Source: Candidatus Latescibacterota bacterium
GTDB lineage: Bacteria > Latescibacterota > UBA2968
Reading direction: 5' to 3'
Length of the DNA: 64,000 nt
Assembly (NCBI GenBank): GCA_965116885.1
Contig: OZ220741.1
Span: 2,208,001-2,272,000 of the forward strand
Made by a program: the position numbers and the translations under genes
In this document: positions 57,440 to 64,000 of the stretch, one piece after another
How the letters are laid out: every line of letters starts with the position of its first letter
How positions within the stretch are numbered: position 1 is the stretch's first letter
Notes under the pieces: generated by a model
What the model saw: the letters and a program-made list of their open reading frames with translations, nothing else
The model's database searches: none
Told to the model about the DNA's origin: nothing

Positions 57440-59047
57440 ATGGACGTGAAAAATTTTTGGAAAACAGGTGTGCCATTTATCTGGTTGACCGGGAGCGCGC
57501 TGGCGCTTTGTTTGCTCATGATTACAGGGCTGGTCGCACTGGTTATGTACAATGGCACTGGATTTTTTTGGCCCTCGGATATCGAAGCCGTGGTATTCAA
57601 AGATGGTCGGAAAGCGATGGGGCAGCGGTGGGATAAGCAGGAGATTCCGGCGTCGAATCGGACGGGGTCCGGGCAATTTCGCATTCAGCTCAAAGTGGGC
57701 AATCGCGATGTGTATGGCAGCGATTTTCAATGGATAGATGAATCGGATATTCAATCGACGGATTATCCCGTAGATGCGGTGGTTTTTGAACGGCGCGAGT
57801 GGGGCAATTTTTACGGGTTTATCGAAGCGCTATACGAAGGTGAAACCCAGGTGCCGAATACATGGGATGTGCTACAAGCACAATTGGATAATACCCGGGA
57901 ACGACACGAACAGATTCGGCGAATTGAAAAAGATGCGATTGGCGACTTAAATCGGCAAATTGAAAGCCTGCGATTAAAAAAACGCGAGATAGAATTGGGG
58001 GGTGGAGATGCCGATGAAATTGACGCGATTGATCGAGAGAGCAGATCCTATTGGGAAGCTTATGAACAATTGGCCGACGAACTGGCGCAGTTGCGGGCGG
58101 CCAACGAGATTTACCGCATAGATGTGCGGTTAATTGGCGGTGAGGTGCGGCAGATTGCCACGGCCGATATCGTGCGCGCCTATCGACCCAACCGACTGGG
58201 AATTTTGGGAAAAGCGAGCGTTTATTTTTCGCGCGTCGCGGAATTTTTATTTGATGAACCCCGTGAGTCCAATACAGAAGGCGGGGTATTTCCCGCGATC
58301 TTTGGCACTGTTATGATGGTTTTTTTGATGAGTTTGGCGGCTGTGCCATTTGGTATTTTAGCCGCGCTCTATTTGCGCGAATACGCTAGGCAAGGTATCT
58401 TGGTCAGAGTGATTCGCATTGCGGTTAATAATCTGGCGGGTGTACCTTCTATTGTTTTTGGGATGTTTGGGCTGGGGTTTTTTGTTTATGGCATTGGCGG
58501 AAGTATTGATCAACTCTTTTTTCCCGAAGCGTTGCCCACGCCCACGTATGGTACTGGTGGCATTTTGTGGGCTTCGTTGACCCTGGCATTGCTGACGGTG
58601 CCGGTGATGATTGTTTCAGCCGAAGAAGCGCTTTCCGCCGTGCCGAGTGATGTGCGTGCCGGGTCGCTGGCACTGGGGGCGACCAAATTGCAGACCATTT
58701 TGCGCGTGGTTTTGCCCGGTGCGTTGCCGGGCATTCTCACGGGGATTATTCTCGTGATTGCACGCGGTGCTGGCGAGGTGGCTCCGCTGATGATTACTGG
58801 CGTTGTGAAATTGGCTCCCGCATTGCCCGTAGATGGTATCTGGCCCTTTTTTCATCTGGAACGCAAGTTTATGCATCTGGGTTTTCACATTTACGATGTG
58901 GGTTTCCAGTCGCCCAATGTCGAGGCGGCTCGCCCCATGGTATATACGACGACTTTATTGCTGATGGGAATTGTACTGGCTCTGAATCTGGTGGCGATTC
59001 TGGTTCGCAATCGGCTACGCAAGCGCGTTGGTGGTGCGACGTTTTGA
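57440..59047 (+). CDS. pstA: Phosphate ABC permease PstA (long form)
   Basis: EPRESNTEGGVFPAIFGT, NLAGVPSIVFG, ARGAGEVAP. Confidence 0.95.
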   Translation: MDVKNFWKTGVPFIWLTGSALALCLLMITGLVALVMYNGTGFFWPSDIEAVVFKDGRKAMGQRWDKQEIPASNRTGSGQFRIQLKVGNRDVYGSDFQWIDESDIQSTDYPVDAVVFERREWGNFYGFIEALYEGETQVPNTWDVLQAQLDNTRERHEQIRRIEKDAIGDLNRQIESLRLKKREIELGGGDADEIDAIDRESRSYWEAYEQLADELAQLRAANEIYRIDVRLIGGEVRQIATADIVRAYRPNRLGILGKASVYFSRVAEFLFDEPRESNTEGGVFPAIFGTVMMVFLMSLAAVPFGILAALYLREYARQGILVRVIRIAVNNLAGVPSIVFGMFGLGFFVYGIGGSIDQLFFPEALPTPTYGTGGILWASLTLALLTVPVMIVSAEEALSAVPSDVRAGSLALGATKLQTILRVVLPGALPGILTGIILVIARGAGEVAPLMITGVVKLAPALPVDGIWPFFHLERKFMHLGFHIYDVGFQSPNVEAARPMVYTTTLLLMGIVLALNLVAILVRNRLRKRVGGATF

Positions 59048-59070
59048 ATAGGTGAGGGAAAGGAATCACG

Positions 59071-59880
59071 ATGGCTGAAGCAGAACTTGCAAATACACGG
59101 TCCGAAGCAATTGTTCCAGATATTCAGAATCCCATTGTCACCATATCGAATCTGAGCTTGTATTACGGCGAGACGCAGGCCCTTTTTGACATTGACATGC
59201 AGATTCCCGAGTATCAGGTAACGGCTTTGATCGGTCCTTCGGGGTGCGGGAAGTCAACGCTGTTGCGGTGCATGAATAGGCTGAACGATTTGATCGATTC
59301 GGTGCGTATCGAGGGTGCGGTTGAAATTGATAATGACGACATTTACAGTTCTGGATACGATGTGATTTCGTTGCGCCGTCAGGTCGGTATGGTGTTTCAA
59401 AAGTCCAATCCCTTTCCCAAGTCGATCTATGAGAATCTCGTTTACGGTTTGAGAATTGCAGGTGAAAATCGGCGGGCAGTACTCGATGAGGTGGTGGAAC
59501 GCAGTTTGCAAGCTGCCGCACTTTGGGATGAGGTAAAAGACCGACTCGATGACAGTGCTCTGGGTCTTTCAGGAGGACAACAGCAGAGGTTGTGCATTGC
59601 GCGTGCAATTGCCGTTGAGCCTGCAGTGATTTTGATGGATGAACCCTGCTCGGCACTGGATCCAATTGCGACGGGACGCATTGAAGAGACAATTGAAGAG
59701 CTCAAAAAGCAATATACGATTGTGATTGTAACACACAATATGCAGCAGGCATCGCGCATTTCGGACTATACGGCGTTTTTCTATTTGGGGCGTTTGATTG
59801 AGATGGCCGAAACGAGTGAGATGTTTACCAATCCGCAACTCAAACAAACCGAAGATTATGTGACGGGGCGGTTTGGCTAA
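59071..59880 (+). CDS. pstB: Phosphate ABC ATP-binding protein
   Basis: [34 protein letters not shown]. Confidence 0.97.
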   Translation: MAEAELANTRSEAIVPDIQNPIVTISNLSLYYGETQALFDIDMQIPEYQVTALIGPSGCGKSTLLRCMNRLNDLIDSVRIEGAVEIDNDDIYSSGYDVISLRRQVGMVFQKSNPFPKSIYENLVYGLRIAGENRRAVLDEVVERSLQAAALWDEVKDRLDDSALGLSGGQQQRLCIARAIAVEPAVILMDEPCSALDPIATGRIEETIEELKKQYTIVIVTHNMQQASRISDYTAFFYLGRLIEMAETSEMFTNPQLKQTEDYVTGRFG

Positions 59881-59897
59881 TAACCGGAGTGATTATT

Positions 59898-60575
59898 ATG
59901 GAGCGTACTCTTGACCAGCATCTCGACCACCTCAAAGGTGAGTTGTTGAAGATGGGCAGTGCGGTAGAAGAGTCGATTGAACAGGCAGTACAATCGCTTG
60001 TAGAACGCGACAATCACCTCGCCGATGTGGTTGAAGAAGGTGGGGATCACATCGACGATTGGGAAGTGGCGATAGAAGAAGAGTGTTTGAAGTTGCTGGC
60101 TGTGCAGCAACCCGTGGCTGGCGATTTGCGCCTGGTGGCGAGTATGATAAAGATCAATTACGATCTCGAGCGCATCAATGATCAGGCGGTGAATATCGCG
60201 CAGCGCGCCCGTTTGCTCAATCAGATGCCGCAATTGAAACCGCTGATCGATATTCCGCGGATGGCCGAGTTGGCACGGGGTATGGTCAGGGATGCACTGG
60301 ATGCTTTTGTCAATCGCGATGTGGAATTGGCCAATGAGGTGCGTAAAATTGACGATACAATGGATGCGTTGCGCAATCAAATTTTTCGCGAGTTGTTGAC
60401 GTACTTAAACACGGGTATGCCCTCGACTGTGGATCAGGCAATTTTGCTCATTCTCGTGTCCCGACATCTGGAGCGCATAGGCGATCATTCATCCAATATT
60501 GCCGAAAATGTCGTCTATCTCGTTCAGGGACGCATTGTGAGGCATCAACAGGAGGAATTGCGCACAGAAGAGTAA
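59898..60575 (+). CDS. phoU: Phosphate signaling protein PhoU
   Basis: QQPVAGDLR, DLERIND, HLERIGDHSSNIAE. Confidence 0.96.
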   Translation: MERTLDQHLDHLKGELLKMGSAVEESIEQAVQSLVERDNHLADVVEEGGDHIDDWEVAIEEECLKLLAVQQPVAGDLRLVASMIKINYDLERINDQAVNIAQRARLLNQMPQLKPLIDIPRMAELARGMVRDALDAFVNRDVELANEVRKIDDTMDALRNQIFRELLTYLNTGMPSTVDQAILLILVSRHLERIGDHSSNIAENVVYLVQGRIVRHQQEELRTEE

Positions 60576-60595
60576 TCTCTTTTTGTGGCGAACAC

Positions 60596-60639
60596 TGTCG
60601 CGTAAACGACACGCGATTGTAACACGGCGATGATATCAT
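60596..60639 (+). promoter_or_regulatory. Putative Pho-dependent promoter downstream of phoU
   Basis: TGTCGC / CGACAC / TGTAAC at 11-bp period, then extended -10 TG-A-TATCAT 10 nt after the last unit. Confidence 0.55.
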
Positions 60640-60645
60640 ACCTAA

Positions 60646-60702
60646 AGCACGACGTATTCTCCCTCTTGGGAACCGGCCCGCGACCCGGTTCCCATTTTTT
60701 TT
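60646..60702 (+). ncRNA. Candidate small RNA (about 57 nt)
   Basis: Lies between the predicted promoter and terminator; no ORF; single-stranded CU-rich segment. Confidence 0.4.
60667..60702 (+). terminator. Intrinsic terminator of the pst-phoU operon
   Basis: TGGGAACCGG/CCGGTTCCCA followed by T8; a second hairpin follows at about 60704-60729. Confidence 0.85.
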
Positions 60703-60809
60703 GTCCCGAATTCAAATTCGGGGCTTTTTCGTTGACCCAAAATTGGTACCTGTGTATTTTACTATCTGGAGATGCTACTATATTATATTAGTATTAAAGA
60801 ATAAGGTGG

Positions 60810-61358
60810 TTGACCTCTTTGCCCAATTGCATAAAATCCGAAGCCCGGTTTTGCGAGCGCTGTGGGACTTTGCTGGTTGTAAAAGCAGTTGAAGATCGGG
60901 AGAGACCGTGTTGTCCGGCGTGTGGATTTGTGGCCTATCTCGATCCCAAGGTAGCAGCCGGGGTTATTGTCACTCTCGATGGTGGCGTTGTCCTGCTCAA
61001 ACGCAATATTGATCCCGGGTTTGGCAAGTGGGTGTTCCCCGGCGGATATGTAGATGCGGGCGAGCCTACCGATGTCGCTGCTGTGCGCGAAACCCGTGAG
61101 GAAGTGGGGTTAGAGGTCGAGATCGGCGAGTTGCTCGGCGTGTTGTCTTATGAAGGGGAGCGGGTGGTGCTGATTGTTTATACCGGACGGGTTGTGGGCG
61201 GAAAGTTGGAAGGCAATTTTGAATCGCAGGCTGTGGCTACATTTGCCCCTCGGGACATTCCCTGGAATGATCTGGCTTTTGACACGACGAGAGAGGCATT
61301 GCAAATTTGGGTGGCGCAGTATGGCGAAGTGTACGCAAAAGAAAGGTTATTATGCTGA
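60810..61358 (+). CDS. NUDIX hydrolase with N-terminal zinc ribbon
   Basis: FCERCG..CPACG, PGGYVDAGE..AAVRETREEVG. Confidence 0.92.
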   Translation: MTSLPNCIKSEARFCERCGTLLVVKAVEDRERPCCPACGFVAYLDPKVAAGVIVTLDGGVVLLKRNIDPGFGKWVFPGGYVDAGEPTDVAAVRETREEVGLEVEIGELLGVLSYEGERVVLIVYTGRVVGGKLEGNFESQAVATFAPRDIPWNDLAFDTTREALQIWVAQYGEVYAKERLLC

Positions 61359-62263
61359 ATTCTATTGAAGATGTTGAAGAGCGGTTTGCCGAGCAGGGTT
61401 ATATCACGGACCGCACATTGGCAACGACGATTTTTTTGGCGCAGTCGCTTGGCAAACCGATTTTTCTGGAGGGGGAACCAGGCGTTGGAAAGACAGAAGT
61501 GGCCAAAGTTATGGCCGGTATTTTTAATACCGAGTTGATTCGGTTGCAGTGCTATGAAGGCATTGATGCCAATACGGCATTGTACGAGTGGAACTATCCG
61601 CGCCAGATGCTGGAGCTAAGGCTCGAAGAGGCGCGAGGCATCGACAAGGCCGAAATTGGTCAAAATATTTTCCGCGAAGATTTTTTGCTCAAGCGTCCCC
61701 TTTTGTCGGCTCTTGAGGGCAGCGCGAAAAAACAACAGGTGTTGTTGATCGATGAGGTGGATCGATCGGATGAAGAGTTTGAGGCGTTTTTGCTGGAGGT
61801 GTTGTCCGATTTCCAGATTACGATTCCCGAGATTGGTGCGATAAAAGCGATGCAAGTGCCGTTTGTCGTGCTTACGTCCAACCGAACGCGCGAGTTGCAC
61901 GATGCGCTGAAGCGCCGGTGTTTGTATTTGTGGATTGACTATCCCACATTTACCAAAGAAATGGATATTGTGCGGTCGCGGGTGTCGGGTGTGCAGGACG
62001 AGTTGGCACAACAGGTTTGCGGGTTTATGCAATTGTTGCGCAATCGCGATTTTTACAAAAAACCCGGCGTTGCCGAAACGATTGATTGGGCACTGGCTTT
62101 GATGGCTATGCAAGTTGAAGAACTGGATCCTCAGATAGTTGATGCGACATTGGGATGTGTTTTGAAGTATAAAGAAGATATTGAAAAAATTCAGGAAGAC
62201 GGCCTGCCACAACTGATTGAGAAGGCTCGATTGTTAAAAGAACGCACGCAAGTTGGTGTTTAG
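61352..62263 (+). CDS. MoxR-family AAA+ ATPase (CoxD-like)
   Basis: GEPGVGKTE, RLQCYEG, LLIDEVD, HDALKRRC, KKPGVAETIDW. Confidence 0.92.
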   Translation: MLNSIEDVEERFAEQGYITDRTLATTIFLAQSLGKPIFLEGEPGVGKTEVAKVMAGIFNTELIRLQCYEGIDANTALYEWNYPRQMLELRLEEARGIDKAEIGQNIFREDFLLKRPLLSALEGSAKKQQVLLIDEVDRSDEEFEAFLLEVLSDFQITIPEIGAIKAMQVPFVVLTSNRTRELHDALKRRCLYLWIDYPTFTKEMDIVRSRVSGVQDELAQQVCGFMQLLRNRDFYKKPGVAETIDWALALMAMQVEELDPQIVDATLGCVLKYKEDIEKIQEDGLPQLIEKARLLKERTQVGV

Positions 62264-62271
62264 GAGATCAC

Positions 62272-63408
62272 ATGCCAAGAACCATGCTGGGGCGAATTGT
62301 CGGTTTTTCAAGGGCTTTGCACAATGCAGGCGTTGAAGTCAATGCTGGCAATCTCATCGATTTGTGCGATAGTTTTCAATATATCAGCCTGCATAATCGA
62401 AGCGATTTTTATGCTGCTGCGCGGGCAACACTGGTGTCGCGCTATGACGATCTGGAGACTTTTGACGAGGTTTTCAGGGCTTTCTGGGCGCGGCCGATTT
62501 TGCCCGATGATATGACGCTGACCGATACGGATGCCGGTGGAGATCCGGATCTCGATGTTCAGGCAGATGTCAATGAGGTGGTGGATACCGCAGATTTGCA
62601 GGAAGAGGCCGATGGGGAGGGCGAGTCCGAGGAGGTTGGATATAGCCCCGATGAGGCTTTGATGGGAAAAGATTTGGCCGCAATGTCCGATCGCGAGATT
62701 GAGCAAGCCCGAAAGGTGATTCACGAGATTGTGAATATCATTGCCAATCGCCGCAGTCGCAGGCGCGTGCCCGAGAATCGGGGGGCTGAACTGGATTTCA
62801 GGCGCACATGGCGGCGCAATGCGCTATATGGTTCTGATGGTGTAGAATTGATGATGAAGCGGCGGCGCATCAAAAAGACCAAGCTGATGTTGTTGTGTGA
62901 TGTGAGCGGGTCTATGGATTGTTATAGCCGTTTTCTAATCCGCTTCATCTACGCGCTCAAGCGCGAAATCCGAGATGTGGAGGTCGGGGTGTTTTCCACG
63001 CGAATGACCGCGATTTCGCGACTGCTCAAAACAAAAGGCATTGAAGAATCGCTCGTAGAAGTGGCTGATACAGTACACGACTGGGCGGGTGGAACAGATA
63101 TTGGCGGGTGTTTGCGCGAGTTTAACGATCAGTTTGCGCGCGATATGCTGCACTCGCGCACTGTGATGATTATTGTGAGCGATGGCTGGGATCGGGGCGA
63201 TCCCGATTTGATGCGACAAGAGATGGCGCGTTTGCGAAAGCGCGTGCATAAGTTGATGTGGCTCAATCCGCTTTTGGGCACGCCGGGATATCAGCCCCTG
63301 TGTTTGGGGATGAAGACAGCACTTCCCTATTTGGATTATTTTTTACCCGCACACAATCTGGAGAGTTTGATCCAACTTGCCCGAACACTGCGGTCCGTTT
63401 GGAAGTAG
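62272..63408 (+). CDS. VWA domain protein (CoxE-like)
   Basis: DVSGSM MIDAS, WAGGTDIG, SDGWDRG, WLNP. Confidence 0.92.
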   Translation: MPRTMLGRIVGFSRALHNAGVEVNAGNLIDLCDSFQYISLHNRSDFYAAARATLVSRYDDLETFDEVFRAFWARPILPDDMTLTDTDAGGDPDLDVQADVNEVVDTADLQEEADGEGESEEVGYSPDEALMGKDLAAMSDREIEQARKVIHEIVNIIANRRSRRRVPENRGAELDFRRTWRRNALYGSDGVELMMKRRRIKKTKLMLLCDVSGSMDCYSRFLIRFIYALKREIRDVEVGVFSTRMTAISRLLKTKGIEESLVEVADTVHDWAGGTDIGGCLREFNDQFARDMLHSRTVMIIVSDGWDRGDPDLMRQEMARLRKRVHKLMWLNPLLGTPGYQPLCLGMKTALPYLDYFLPAHNLESLIQLARTLRSVWK

Positions 63409-63417
63409 GGGGATGTT

Positions 63418-64000
63418 ATGGCTGGTCGCGATGTTTTTCAAGAGGCTTTGACCCTGGTTTCACAGGGGGAAAAGGCTGCGTTATCGACAATTGTGTCGAG
63501 CAAAGGGTCTTTGCCGATGAGCAAAAAGGCCAAGATGCTCGTGCGTCCCGATGGCAAAATTATAGGTACGGTGGGCGGCGGGTGTTTGGAAGCCGATGTG
63601 TGGGCAGAAGCTCGTCATGTGATGGAAACCGAAGCACCGACATTGCAGAAGTTTATTTTGACGGAAAAACACGCGGGCGAAAATGGCCTCAACTGCGGCG
63701 GCAATGTCGAGATTTTTACCGAGCCTCTACTGCCCGATCGCGCAGATGATATGCTCGCCGAGATTGCTCGGGTTCGCAAAGTGCGCGGTTCGGCTGTGTT
63801 GGCAACGCTGGTTTCGGGCGGCGATCAGGTGGGTGCGAAGTTATTGGTCCATTCCGATGGCAGAACAGTGGGTAGTCTGGGCCATGATCTTGCCGAAGCC
63901 TGTGTGCGCGAAGAGGTGGCGGCTTTTGAGGCGATTCCGGAGAGTTTGCTCAAAGTTATAGAGATCGGCTCGGAACCCGTTGTGGTCTTTTTGGAGTCTA
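63418..64000 (+). CDS. XdhC/CoxF family molybdoenzyme accessory protein (cut by window edge)
   Basis: Read from ATG 63418: STIVSSKGSLP..KMLV..GTVGGGCLEA..GLNCGGNVEIF. Confidence 0.85.
   Translation, partial: MAGRDVFQEALTLVSQGEKAALSTIVSSKGSLPMSKKAKMLVRPDGKIIGTVGGGCLEADVWAEARHVMETEAPTLQKFILTEKHAGENGLNCGGNVEIFTEPLLPDRADDMLAEIARVRKVRGSAVLATLVSGGDQVGAKLLVHSDGRTVGSLGHDLAEACVREEVAAFEAIPESLLKVIEIGSEPVVVFLES

Noticed and set aside
55189..59047. Oversized PstC/PstA as a novelty
   Set aside because: Long forms with periplasmic domains are known from Pseudomonas-type pst operons
61352..64000. coxD/coxE/xdhC as evidence for CO oxidation
   Set aside because: These are generic molybdoenzyme chaperones and no coxLMS is visible in the window

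Overview
Bacterial chromosome segment with about 55 CDS. No rRNA, tRNA or CRISPR array was seen. Three sulfatases, two PhyH dioxygenases and EF-hand/dockerin-like 'DFNGDG.VDF.DFL.F' tags on secreted proteins resemble marine or sponge-associated Latescibacterota-like genomes (inference only). Layout: a housekeeping block (alaC-like, argJ, aminotransferase, accA, comEC, truA, htrA, pssA, tatA, gatAB); an accessory cassette (RelE toxin-antitoxin pair, orphan TnpB omegaRNA/right end, pectate lyase, and an intact tnpB-only IS200/IS605 element with definable ends and a predicted TTTAT TAM); transport and catabolic genes; a phosphate island (ppk1, TonB-dependent receptor plus secreted partner, porin, pstSCAB-phoU) with 11-bp-periodic Pho-box arrays; and a coxD/coxE/xdhC-like cluster. 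Best leads: (1) a predicted ~57-nt Pho-driven sRNA with an anti-SD-like seed after phoU; (2) an orphan omegaRNA whose end supplies the pectate lyase stop codon; (3) a Pho-regulated TonB receptor with a dockerin-tagged partner; (4) a three-copy REP-like hairpin. All functional calls come from motif recognition, not database searches.
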